Origin: an uncultured Flavobacteriales bacterium
GTDB lineage: Bacteria; Bacteroidota; Bacteroidia; Flavobacteriales; BACL11
NCBI GenBank assembly: GCA_905181635.1
Contig: CAJIYM010000005.1
Coordinates: 13,568 to 77,567, forward strand
DNA length: 64,000 nucleotides
Direction of reading: 5' to 3'
Notes under the pieces: generated by a model
What the model was told of the DNA's origin: nothing
Database searches by the model: none
What the model saw: only the letters and a program-made list of their open reading frames with translations
Position numbers and translations under genes: made by a program
Shown here: positions 29,796 through 39,705 of the stretch, one piece after another
Layout: each line of letters opens with the position of its first letter
How positions within the stretch are numbered: the first letter of the stretch is position 1

Positions 29796-30533
29796 ATGAA
29801 ATGGCTCGGCTATCTTTTAAGTTCAATATGGCGTTTATGGTTTTTACTAATGTTTTTGTTAGTATTTATTCTATTTATGCCTGCCCTATTTTTCTTTACT
29901 GCAATAGTTAAAAATGAAATTATAGTAGCTAAACTTGCTCGATATTGGTCCAAACTAACGATATATCTTTCCTTCATTTTTCCTAAAGTAGAATGGGAAG
30001 AAAAACTATCCAAAAAGGAGCAATATATATTCTGTCCTAATCATGTTTCCACTTTAGACATCCCATTTATATTAGCTGTAATTCCTGTACCCTTACAATA
30101 CATTGGAAAAGCTGAAATAGCAAAAATTCCTTTGTTTGGCTATTTCTACAAAAACAATTCTGTAATTGTTGATAGAGCAAACAGAAGAAACGCGTATAGT
30201 GCATTCTTAAAAGCAGGAGAAAAATTGAAAATGGGGATTAACATGTGTATATTCCCAGAAGGTGGGATTCCTAATTCAGATATTTATCTGAAGAAATTTA
30301 AGAATGGTCCTTTTCGTTTAGCATTGGATAAAAATATAAAAATAGTACCTATAACTATGCCAGATAGTAAAAGTATGTTTCCAGAACAATACTTTAAAGG
30401 TAGGCCTGGAATAGTACGTATTAAAATCCATAAAGCTATTGCTCCAAATAGCCTGGCAGAAAAAAGCATAGAAAATTTTAATCTTTCGGTTTACAATACT
30501 ATTTTTGAACAATTAAAAAATTATGAGCAATAA
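29796..30533 (+). CDS. plsC: 1-acyl-sn-glycerol-3-phosphate acyltransferase
   Basis: Contains the NHVSTLD (HX4D) and FPEGG motifs, with an N-terminal TM segment. Confidence 0.85.
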   Translation: MKWLGYLLSSIWRLWFLLMFLLVFILFMPALFFFTAIVKNEIIVAKLARYWSKLTIYLSFIFPKVEWEEKLSKKEQYIFCPNHVSTLDIPFILAVIPVPLQYIGKAEIAKIPLFGYFYKNNSVIVDRANRRNAYSAFLKAGEKLKMGINMCIFPEGGIPNSDIYLKKFKNGPFRLALDKNIKIVPITMPDSKSMFPEQYFKGRPGIVRIKIHKAIAPNSLAEKSIENFNLSVYNTIFEQLKNYEQ

Positions 30534-30825
30534 CATTATCATTGACGACAAATTAGTAGCGGATTTATCACGCCTAGCAAAACTAAAATTTGATGCTTCA
30601 AAAGCTGAAAAAATGAAAAGTGACCTAGATAAGATTATTGGTTTTGTGGATAAATTATCTGAGATAGATACTGAAGGAGTTGAGCCCTTAATTTACTTAA
30701 GTGAAGAAGTTAATGTATTAAGAGTAGATGAAATAAAACATGAAGTTTCTCAAGAAAATGCACTTAAAAATGCACCACAAAAAGATTCTGACTACTTTAA
30801 AGTACCTACTGTTTTAAGAAAGTAA
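30523..30825 (+). CDS. gatC: Asp-tRNA(Asn)/Glu-tRNA(Gln) amidotransferase subunit C
   Basis: 100 aa with ...LAKLKF...E......L..I...V..L.E.DTEGVEPL.... Overlaps the plsC end by 11 nt. Confidence 0.88.
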   Translation: MSNNIIIDDKLVADLSRLAKLKFDASKAEKMKSDLDKIIGFVDKLSEIDTEGVEPLIYLSEEVNVLRVDEIKHEVSQENALKNAPQKDSDYFKVPTVLRK

Positions 30826-30852
30826 TTATAGATTAAACCAGTTTTAGCTTTT

Positions 30853-31750
30853 TTATTCTTGGCATAAACTTACACCATTTTTACTTATTTCTAATATAGA
30901 ATTTATTCCTAATCTGACGCCCCTATTATCAGATAAATGTCCTGCAGGAAAGCCAAAACAAATAGGGAAATCATAATTCTTAGTATACTCTAAAATTATT
31001 TGTTCAGCTGTTTTCCCAAAAGGGATAGAATTATCATTCATATCAACCATTCCTCCAACAATTAGACCTTTTAATTTCCCCAACATTCCATTGCGATTTA
31101 AATTCATCATCATTCTATCAATATGGTACAGATACTCATCTAAATCTTCAATAAATAAAATCTTACCTGATGTATCAATATCCGAATGAGAACCTAATAA
31201 TGAATAGAGAATAGATAGATTTCCCCCTACAATATGGCCCACAATTTTTCCAAATTTATTAAGTGGATGAGCTTTGCATTCAATACTATTTAAGTTGCCA
31301 AAAAGAGATTTTTTTAATGATGATAAACTTTCCTTAGTATTACTTTTAAAATTGATGGGCATGGTAGCATGTAAACTAGCAATTCCTAGAATTATTCAAA
31401 TGGGAATGCAAAACAGTTACATCACTATAACCAACAATCCATTTTGAGTTTTTTTTCAAATTATTAAAATCAATAGAATCAATTATTTGTACAGTACCAT
31501 AACCTCCTCTAGCGCATAAAATTGCTTTAATGCTATTATCATCAATCATGCCTTGCAAGTCAGCAGTTCTTTGCTCAACTGTTCCTGAGAATTGATCCTC
31601 TTCTTTAAATAAGTTAATTCCCAAAACAACTTTTAATCCCCAACTTTCAATCGTTTTTATGGCAGGACTTAACTCTTCTATAGTAATTTTACGAGCAGTA
31701 GAAATAACACCAATTTTATCGCCAGCCTCTAATTTTTTAGGAATTATCAT
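30853..31750 (-). pseudogene. LD-carboxypeptidase (peptidase S66, LdcA-like) split by one frameshift
   Basis: The N-terminal ORF (31376-31750, ...GYSDVTVLHSHL) and C-terminal ORF (30853-31362) belong to one S66 protein. A third-frame reading ...GIASLHATMPINF bridges them. The shift is near 31387-31393. Confidence 0.8.
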
Positions 31751-31838
31751 TGTTTTTCTTTTACTATGTTATTATTAGTTTCAGTTCTAGTATCTAAAAG
31801 CGTATCGGTCATGTGTCTATTTTCTAGTAACTAAAACT

Positions 31839-31846
31839 TATCTTTG
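31839..31846 (+). promoter_or_regulatory. Bacteroidota -7 promoter box TATCTTTG, 24 nt upstream of metG
   Basis: Exact TAnnTTTG match. Confidence 0.45.
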
Positions 31847-31870
31847 CGAAAATAATTTTTTCTAAGAGAA

Positions 31871-33565
31871 ATGAGTACAAAAAGATACACAGTTACATCC
31901 GCACTACCTTACGCTAACGGACCATTACATATTGGGCATATAGCAGGAGCTTACTTACCAGCAGATATTTATGTTAGATATCTAAAAGGAAAGGGGCATG
32001 ATGTTGCTTTTGTTTGCGGTTCAGACGAGCATGGTGCTGCCATTACTTTGCGTGCTAAAAAGGACGGAGTATCACCACAAGAAATTGTAGACAAATACCA
32101 CAATATCAATAAAAAAGCATTTGCTGATTTTGGCATTGACTTTAGTATTTACCATAGAACTTCTGATGAATTACATCATGAGACTGCTCAGGAATTTTTC
32201 AAAACATTAGAAGAGAAAAATGTCTTCACTAAAAAAATCAGCCGAACAATTTTATGATGAAGAAAATAATCAGTTTTTAGCGGATAGATACATAAGTGGC
32301 GAATGCCCTAAATGTAATGCTGATGGAGCTTATGGTGACCAATGTGAAAAATGTGGTTCGACACTTAGCCCTGAAGAATTGATAAATCCCACCTCTACTT
32401 TAAGCTGGAAAATACCCGTAAAAAAAGAAACTTCTCACTGGTATTTACCAATGCAAAAGCATGAAGAATGGCTAAAACCTTGGATAGAAGATGGATTTTA
32501 GATGGAGAAAGTCATCATGACCCTAAAACTTGGAGAAGTCAAGTAATTGGCCAATGCAAATCTTGGATTGATGGTGGCTTACAAGCTCGTGCTATGACGC
32601 GTGATTTGGATTGGGGAGTAAAAGTTCCCGTAAAAGATGCGGATGGGAAAGTCCTTTATGTTTGGCTAGATGCTCCAATCGGTTATATTTCAGCAACTAA
32701 AAAATGGGCTTCCGAAAATAATAAAAACTGGGAAGATTACTGGAAAAATAAGAATACAGAGTTAGTTCATTTTATTGGAAAAGATAATATTGTTTTTCAT
32801 TGTATTATTTTTCCAATAATCTTAAAAGCGCATGAGGGGTATATTTTACCAACAAATGTTCCTGCAAATGAGTTTTTGAACTTGGAGGGAAATAAGCTCT
32901 CTACTTCTCGTAATTGGGCTATCTGGCTACATGAATACTTAGAGGATTTTAAAGGACAAGAGGATTCTTTGCGATATGCACTCTGCGCTACAGCCCCTGA
33001 AAGTAAAGATACAGACTTCACTTGGGTCGACTTCCAATCAAGGAATAACAATGAATTAGTCGCTATATTTGGAAACTTCATAAATCGCGTGGTAGTTTTA
33101 ACAAATAAGTATTGGAATGGAGTAGTACCTGCCTGCAATACGCTTGAAAATTATGATAGAGAAGTATTAGATAAGTTAAAAGAGTTTCCTGATAAAATTA
33201 GTACTTCAATTGAGAAATATCGATTCCGTGAGGCACTAAGCGAAGTAATGAATTTAGCTCGCCTAGGAAATAAGTATTTAGCGGATACTGAACCCTGGAA
33301 ATTAAAAAAGACTGATGAGAAAAGAACGGAAACTATTATGAATATCTGTATACAAATTTCAGCATCTTTAGCTATATTGTCTGAGCCTTTTATACCCTTT
33401 TCATCAGAAAAGTTAAAAGATTTACTTAACCTTAATAATGTGACTTGGAATGACGCAGGAGGTGTGATTATTAATGATAACCATAAAATAAATCCTGCAA
33501 CTCATTTATTTAATAAAATTGAAGATGAGAAAATTGAACTGCAATTAGAAAAACTAAAGCAATAA
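31871..33565 (+). pseudogene. metG: methionine--tRNA ligase, interrupted by two compensating frameshifts (probably assembly indels)
   Basis: Three consecutive ORFs carry [11 protein letters not shown], the zinc knuckle CPKC...CEKCG, and KLSTSRN (the KMSKS equivalent). ORF1 and ORF3 share a frame and ORF2 is shifted by +1. The shifts are at the A7 run 32231-32237 and the T4 run 32496-32499. Confidence 0.9.
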
Positions 33566-33617
33566 ATACTCTTATGTGTGCTTAATAGGCATTAAATCAG
33601 CAACTTTAATATATCAT

Positions 33618-34757
33618 ATGAAAAAATTAACTACTCTCCTTATTCTAACTTTTATTAGTGCTTTAACATTTGCTCAATGTAATGGCAGATACCAAACAGA
33701 AATTTTCAGCTCAGTTACCAAAACTACAGTTAATTACTCGGATATTTATAGTGATAATGCGCATAGTATGGATATTTATATTCCAGATGGTGATGTCGAA
33801 ATAAATAGACCAGTAATCATATATATGCATGGAGGGTCTTTTATAGGTGGAGATAAATCAGCAATAGACTGCGTCGATTTCTGTGAAAAATTTGCTAAAA
33901 AAGGATATGTAACTGCTAGCGCTAATTATCGCCTAGCTAATGATGTTCAATCTTTTGCATTATATCAGGAAGAACAATATACTACAGTATTGAAAGTAGT
34001 CTCTGACATAAAAGGTGCTATTAGATATTTTAGAAAAAGTTTAGTGAATGGAAATCCTTATGGTATTGATGGAAATACTATTTTTATTGGAGGCTACTCT
34101 GCTGGTGCTGTTGCTGCAATTCATTCAGCCTATATTGATTCCATCTCTAATTTACCTATTTCTATTACATATATAGATATCCTAACTGGACAGTCTGTTG
34201 ATTTTAATCCACAAGATCTTGTAAATACAATTGGCGGTAATTTAGAGGGGGATGCTGGTAATTATGGATTTTCATCAGAAGTAAGTGGTGTTATTAGTTT
34301 TGCTGGTGGAATTAATGATATTAACTGGATAGACATTAGCGATGAACCAATAGTAAGTTGTCAAGGAGATGCGGATCAAACAGTTAATTACAACTGTGGT
34401 CCAGGACTAAATATTCCAACAGTATTCACTCTATGTGGAGCTGCTGAGATACATCCTAAGGCTAGTGCTGAAGGAGTAACAAATGATTATTTAGTGTTTA
34501 CTGGAGAAGAGCATGAATGGTGTAGTTCAGGAAATAATAGCCCATTATTTGTGCAAGCACTTGATTTTACTAGTGCTTTCTTATTTCCTTTACTACCCTG
34601 TAATAATACTACCTCAATTTCAGAAGAAAACGCAAGAAATAAGCAGCTTATTGGTATTACAGATATGCTTGGGAGAAATACTAGTATAATAAGCAATAGT
34701 ACTTTATTTTACATCTATGATGATGGTAGTGTAGAAAAGAGAATCACACTAAATTAA
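33618..34757 (+). CDS. secreted alpha/beta hydrolase (carboxylesterase-like) with Por/T9SS-type C-terminal tail
   Basis: MKKL... signal peptide, HGGSF oxyanion motif and GYSAGA nucleophile elbow. The C-terminal ...DMLGR...LFYIYDDGSVEKRITLN resembles short T9SS sorting tails. Confidence 0.7.
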   Translation: MKKLTTLLILTFISALTFAQCNGRYQTEIFSSVTKTTVNYSDIYSDNAHSMDIYIPDGDVEINRPVIIYMHGGSFIGGDKSAIDCVDFCEKFAKKGYVTASANYRLANDVQSFALYQEEQYTTVLKVVSDIKGAIRYFRKSLVNGNPYGIDGNTIFIGGYSAGAVAAIHSAYIDSISNLPISITYIDILTGQSVDFNPQDLVNTIGGNLEGDAGNYGFSSEVSGVISFAGGINDINWIDISDEPIVSCQGDADQTVNYNCGPGLNIPTVFTLCGAAEIHPKASAEGVTNDYLVFTGEEHEWCSSGNNSPLFVQALDFTSAFLFPLLPCNNTTSISEENARNKQLIGITDMLGRNTSIISNSTLFYIYDDGSVEKRITLN

Positions 34758-35114
34758 TTGGCAAAACACAATAAATTAGGAAAGGAAGGGGAGCTTATTG
34801 CCTTTATGATTTTGCGAAGAGATGGGTTTACAATTCTAGAAACAAATTGGCATTTTCAAAAAGATGAAGTTGATATTATTGCTGAAAAAGATGGTTTTCT
34901 TATTTTTACTGAAGTAAAAACTAGAAAAAGTAAGAGATTTGGGAAACAATCAGATGCAATCGATAAAAAGAAAATAGCAACCTATAAAGGTGCTGCTAAA
35001 GATTATTTGGTGCAACATACAGACAAAGATAAATTAGAAATTAGGTTTGATATAGTTAATATTACAATTGGAAAAGATGAAACCGAAATAAAACATATCC
35101 CAAATGCTTTTTAA
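34758..35114 (+). CDS. YraN family endonuclease-like protein (UPF0102)
   Basis: 118 aa with a TTG start immediately after the upstream TAA. Contains ...GELIAF..L...GF.ILE.NW......EVDIIA......IFTEVKTR.... Confidence 0.8.
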   Translation: MAKHNKLGKEGELIAFMILRRDGFTILETNWHFQKDEVDIIAEKDGFLIFTEVKTRKSKRFGKQSDAIDKKKIATYKGAAKDYLVQHTDKDKLEIRFDIVNITIGKDETEIKHIPNAF

Positions 35115-35137
35115 GTATCTTTGCCAAAATTTTCAAG

Positions 35138-35950
35138 ATGAGAAGAGAAGGAAAAACAAGAAGAGACTTTAGTGAAAAACCAAATCCTAAAGCAAAATCT
35201 TCATTTCGCACTAGGCAGAATAAAAAAAAATCTGTGGACGATGGAAAAATGAGATTGAATAAATTCATCGCTAACTCAGGAATTTGCAGTAGAAGAGAGG
35301 CTGATAAATTTATTGAAGCAGGTGTAGTTACAGTAAATGGTATTGGTGTTACTGAAATGGGATTACGAGTAAGTAAAACTGATGAGATAAAATTCAACGG
35401 ACAAAAAATAAAATCAGACCCTCCAAGATATGTACTTTTAAACAAGCCAAAAAACTATTCTGGCAGAGTCGACAGTGCTTCAAGCACTACCTCAGTAATG
35501 CAACTAATAAAACAAGCTTGTAAGGAAAGAGTTTTCCCTGTAGATAAACTAAATAAAACAGAAACTGGACTACTACTTTTTACAAACGATACTGACTTAT
35601 CAATAAAACTAGGAGCTTCTAAAAAGAATATAAAAGAAATTTATCAAATCACCTTGGATAAAAACTTAAGTCAAGTACATCTAGAAAATATCCGAGAAGG
35701 AATTTTTATGAATGGAAGAACTATAAATCTAGATTTGATATCGTACATAAATGGAAAAGATAAAAACGAGATTGGTATTGAAAATAGTAATGGAGGAATA
35801 AAATTAGTAAAGCAGTTATTCGAAAAAATAAACTATAAAATAATAAAATTAGATAGAGTATTTCTTGGAGGATTAACTAAGAAGGATTTACCAAGAAAAC
35901 ATTACAGGCATCTTACTCAAGATGAAATAAATATTTTAAGGAGGCTTTAA
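35138..35950 (+). CDS. RluB/RsuA-family pseudouridine synthase-like protein with S4 domain; catalytic Asp replaced by Asn
   Basis: A basic N-terminal tail is followed by the S4 motif MRLNKFIANSGICSRREADKFI and a core FPVDKLNKTETGLLLFTND. The core aligns without gaps to the canonical YPVGRLDRDTTGLLLLTND. Confidence 0.75.
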   Translation: MRREGKTRRDFSEKPNPKAKSSFRTRQNKKKSVDDGKMRLNKFIANSGICSRREADKFIEAGVVTVNGIGVTEMGLRVSKTDEIKFNGQKIKSDPPRYVLLNKPKNYSGRVDSASSTTSVMQLIKQACKERVFPVDKLNKTETGLLLFTNDTDLSIKLGASKKNIKEIYQITLDKNLSQVHLENIREGIFMNGRTINLDLISYINGKDKNEIGIENSNGGIKLVKQLFEKINYKIIKLDRVFLGGLTKKDLPRKHYRHLTQDEINILRRL

Positions 35951-36010
35951 TTTATACCAGAACTAAAAGTCTTTCGTTATTGTTTTGATTATCGTATTTT
36001 TATCGACTTA

Positions 36011-38485
36011 ATGAAACAATTAATTAAACGCATTGTCCAAACACTCATAGGGATTAGTTTACTATTACTGATTTCAGGATTTTTTATTACCTATTTTTTT
36101 AGCGATAAGATTGAAAAAACAGTAATTAATAAAATCCAAGAGAAAATGACTTCCGACCTAAAACTAGGAAATGTTGCGTTTAGTTTATATGAAAAATTCC
36201 CTTCAGCATCAGTAAAAATAAGTAATTTGCTTGCTTTTGAAAAAGAGGGATTCAATAATGACACTCTCTTTTATGCAAAATCAACTTATATTGAACTTAG
36301 TATCATTGATATTATACAAAGTTCATTTGACATAAAAAAAGTGGTAGTTGATAACGGGAAAATCAATATAAAATATGATGATGATAACAATCCTAATTTT
36401 GCTATTTTCAAAACTAATAAACAAAGTAAAAATAAATTATCCCTTAACAATTTAATACTGTTAGGCACACATATTAACTTAACTAAAAAAGAAGTTAATC
36501 TTAAATGGGAAATACAAGAGGGATTTCTTGACTTTAAAGAAAAAAATGTAATCATTAATGCTAAATTATTTTCTAAAAAATTAATTGTAAATACGAGAGA
36601 TTATATTCATAAAAAACAAATGATATTACTTACTGTTCTCGAAATAAAAAAAGACAGTATTCTAATCCAAAAAGGATCAATAGTACATATTGAAAATTTA
36701 AAAACTGAATTATCAGGAGAAATTATTATGGGGAAAATAATTGACCTAGATTTTTCTTGTGAAGATCAAGAATTAACTAATATTATTCAAAATACACCTG
36801 AACATCTTAAATCTATTTACAGCTCATTTCAGGCAAATGGAATTGTAAATTGTAATGGAAATATTAAAGGGTTAGTTAGCAAAGTATCTAATCCATATCT
36901 TGACATGGAATGTAGCATTGAAAAAGGAAGCTTTAATTTAAAAAGCCGACCATTTATACTAGAAGGTATTAGTCTAAAATCTAAAATAACTAATGGGGAA
37001 GAAAGAAGTTTTCATAACACAAGAATTGAAATTAGTGATTTTAATTCAAAAACAAAAAATGGGTTCCTAAAAGGAGATTTTAGTATCCAGAACTTAAACA
37101 ACTATTATTTAACAGCTAACTTTAGTTCTATTTGGGATTTAGCAGAAATTAATCATTATTTTGAAGATTCACCATTTTTCAACCTACAAGGAAAAGTAAA
37201 TGCTAACACACAATATTTAGGAAATATTTCGTTTGACAGCAAATTTACCAACTACTTTCTAAAAGCTAATCATATTTCAAAAACTAGCTTTAAAGAAGTA
37301 AGTTTTATTTACAAAAATATACCTCTTGATTTTAATTTTAATAGTATAGAGTGTGTATTTAAGAATAATCAAATTGAAGTAAAAAATAGTGCTTTTACAA
37401 TTGCTGATAGTGATATTGATTTTACTGGAGATATCACTAATTTAATTGGATATATTCTAAAAAAGGAAGATACAATTGACATTACCGGAAAGCTGAAAGC
37501 AACTTATATTAAGTTTGATGAATTACTTTCTCTAAAAGATACTTTAGAGGAGCAAGGGGAAGGAACTATGCCTAAATGGATTTATGCTGACGTAAACACA
37601 AACATTAAAACTTTTAGCTACGATGATTTTATTGCCTCAGATATTACTGGACAATTCAACTATAATAACCAATCTCTTACAGGTGAAAATATAAGATTAA
37701 GTAGCCTAAATGGAAATATAGCTGGAAACTTCAAGTTCTATGAATCAAAAAACAATAAGTTAACATTATTTTCTCAACTTAATCTCAAGAAATTAAATAT
37801 CCGAAATGCCTTTTTGGCTTTTAATAATTTCAATCAAGACTTTATAACCGCAAAACACATTAAGGGAATTGGTAGCGCCGAAATTCAAATGCAAGCATCA
37901 TGGAAAACTGGATTTATTTTTGAAAAAGATAAGCTAAGCGTAAAATCTCATTTAGTTATTGAAAAAGGAGAATTAATACAATTTAAGCCACTTGAAAGCC
38001 TATCAGACTATGTAAGTCTTGACGATCTAAAAACAGTACAATTCTCTACTTTAGAAAATACAATTGAGATTGACAATAAGCTAGTTACTATCCCTACTAT
38101 GGAAATAAAATCATCTGCGCTATCTGTTTTTTTATCAGGGACTCATACATTTGAACAAGAAATAGATTATCGAATTAAACTATTACTTTCGGAATTAATG
38201 TCAACTAAATTTAGAAAGAAAAACACTAACGTTAAAAAAACTGAATTTGGAGAGATAAAAGAAAATGGGGAAATTTTCAACACCATATATTTTAAAATGA
38301 CTGGAAATTCTGAAAATCCAAACATCTCATTTGATGGGATACGATTTAGAGAGGATATACAAAAAGGAATAGTACAAGAAAGAAAAATAATAACGAATAT
38401 TATTAAGGAAGATATATTACTAACGAAGGAACAAGAACAAAAGGAAAAAGAACAGGGTGTTATTATTGAATGGGATGATGAATAA
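36011..38485 (+). CDS. AsmA-family-like large envelope protein
   Basis: 824 aa with a single N-terminal TM and Asn/Lys/Ile-rich, beta-rich sequence. Size and C-terminal region resemble AsmA-like proteins of Bacteroidota. The call is from memory, not an alignment. Confidence 0.5.
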   Translation: MKQLIKRIVQTLIGISLLLLISGFFITYFFSDKIEKTVINKIQEKMTSDLKLGNVAFSLYEKFPSASVKISNLLAFEKEGFNNDTLFYAKSTYIELSIIDIIQSSFDIKKVVVDNGKINIKYDDDNNPNFAIFKTNKQSKNKLSLNNLILLGTHINLTKKEVNLKWEIQEGFLDFKEKNVIINAKLFSKKLIVNTRDYIHKKQMILLTVLEIKKDSILIQKGSIVHIENLKTELSGEIIMGKIIDLDFSCEDQELTNIIQNTPEHLKSIYSSFQANGIVNCNGNIKGLVSKVSNPYLDMECSIEKGSFNLKSRPFILEGISLKSKITNGEERSFHNTRIEISDFNSKTKNGFLKGDFSIQNLNNYYLTANFSSIWDLAEINHYFEDSPFFNLQGKVNANTQYLGNISFDSKFTNYFLKANHISKTSFKEVSFIYKNIPLDFNFNSIECVFKNNQIEVKNSAFTIADSDIDFTGDITNLIGYILKKEDTIDITGKLKATYIKFDELLSLKDTLEEQGEGTMPKWIYADVNTNIKTFSYDDFIASDITGQFNYNNQSLTGENIRLSSLNGNIAGNFKFYESKNNKLTLFSQLNLKKLNIRNAFLAFNNFNQDFITAKHIKGIGSAEIQMQASWKTGFIFEKDKLSVKSHLVIEKGELIQFKPLESLSDYVSLDDLKTVQFSTLENTIEIDNKLVTIPTMEIKSSALSVFLSGTHTFEQEIDYRIKLLLSELMSTKFRKKNTNVKKTEFGEIKENGEIFNTIYFKMTGNSENPNISFDGIRFREDIQKGIVQERKIITNIIKEDILLTKEQEQKEKEQGVIIEWDDE

Positions 38486-38493
38486 ACAATAAA

Positions 38494-39705
38494 ATGGATA
38501 TATATTCTAAAAAACAAAAGTGGAAATTCACCTTATTAGGACTTGCAATTATTATTGGATTATCTTCACTCTTTTTAACCAATCGTTTAGTAAAACAATT
38601 AAAAAATGAAGAGCGAAAAAAGATAGAACTTTGGGCTCATGCAACGAAACACCTAGTTAATATATCTGGTGAAGGAGATTACTCTTTAGCCATAAAAGTA
38701 ATTTCAGAAAATAGCAATATTCCTGTTATTTTAGTTGATGAATGCGATAGCATTTTAGAACATAGAAATTTCAACTATTACAGTAAAGTAGATAGTTTTT
38801 TATTAAAAATAGGCCTAATAAATAAGAAAGAAATTACCAAATCTTATCTTAGAAATGAACTATTAGAAATACGATTAGGAAAGGAAATTCCAATTGAAAT
38901 TAATATCTTAGGTAACAAACAATGGATTTACTACAAGGATTCAGCATTGCTTTATCAATTAAGATACTATCCAATTTACCAATTAGGATTCATTGGCTTA
39001 TTCATGTTTTTCGCCTACTTTATTTTTAGTGCCAGCCGTAATTCTGAACAAAACAAGGTTTGGGCTGGAATGGCAAAAGAAACAGCCCACCAAATAGGAA
39101 CTCCATTATCATCATTAATGGCATGGGTAGAACTTCTGAAGGAGAAAGAAGGGACAGAAAGTATGGTTTTTGAGATGGAGAAAGATATTAAAAGGTTAGA
39201 GACTATTTCTAATCGATTCTCAAAAATTGGATCAAAATCAGTACTAAGAGATGTGGATGTAGTAGAATTAATTAGACAATCCGTAGAATACTTGAAATCT
39301 AGAATGCCTGTCCATACTTTATTTACACTAGACTTTCCACACAAAATAATCATTATCCCTGTAAATAGTATACTTCTAGAATGGGTGGTTGAAAATTTAG
39401 TAAAAAATGCAGTTGACGCCATGAAGGGAAGGGGGGAAATTAAAATTTCTATTACTGAAGACACTAATAATCTTATTCTAAATATTGCAGATACAGGAGG
39501 TGGAATTGATCGTTCAATTCTAAAAAACATATTTAAACCTGGTGTAACTTCAAAAAAAAGAGGTTGGGGGCTAGGGCTTTCTCTATCTAGACGAATAGTT
39601 GAGCAATATCACAAGGGGAGTATTTTTGTAATGCAATCTAAAAAAGGAGTAGGGACTACCTTTTGTGTTCACTTACCTAAAAGACTAAATTCCACAGCTT
39701 CCTGA
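38494..39705 (+). CDS. sensor histidine kinase (no adjacent response regulator)
   Basis: Two TM segments, H-box AHQIGTPLSSL, N-box VENLVKNAVDA and G-boxes DTGGGI / GWGLGLS. Confidence 0.85.
   Translation: MDIYSKKQKWKFTLLGLAIIIGLSSLFLTNRLVKQLKNEERKKIELWAHATKHLVNISGEGDYSLAIKVISENSNIPVILVDECDSILEHRNFNYYSKVDSFLLKIGLINKKEITKSYLRNELLEIRLGKEIPIEINILGNKQWIYYKDSALLYQLRYYPIYQLGFIGLFMFFAYFIFSASRNSEQNKVWAGMAKETAHQIGTPLSSLMAWVELLKEKEGTESMVFEMEKDIKRLETISNRFSKIGSKSVLRDVDVVELIRQSVEYLKSRMPVHTLFTLDFPHKIIIIPVNSILLEWVVENLVKNAVDAMKGRGEIKISITEDTNNLILNIADTGGGIDRSILKNIFKPGVTSKKRGWGLGLSLSRRIVEQYHKGSIFVMQSKKGVGTTFCVHLPKRLNSTAS

Noticed and set aside
39015-39530. 171-aa ORF on the - strand. Similar antisense ORFs occur at 25005-25427, 52588-52944, 32797-33138, 22240-22581, 38167-38517, 62704-63084, 13101-13409, 13760-14083, 27686-28000, 49756-50322 and elsewhere.
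   Set aside because: Each lies inside and opposite to a well-supported gene (histidine kinase, amidohydrolase, aspS, metG, hflX, AsmA-like, cysS, flavin reductase, sodA, cyoE). None shows any recognisable motif.
39685-39705. Convergent 3' overlaps: histidine kinase / msrB-msrA (21 nt), hemW / glycosyltransferase (15 nt, 41831-41845) and ABC / hflX (4 nt, 21828-21831).
   Set aside because: Short convergent overlaps are common in compact genomes. I saw no hairpin or other element suggesting a regulatory role.
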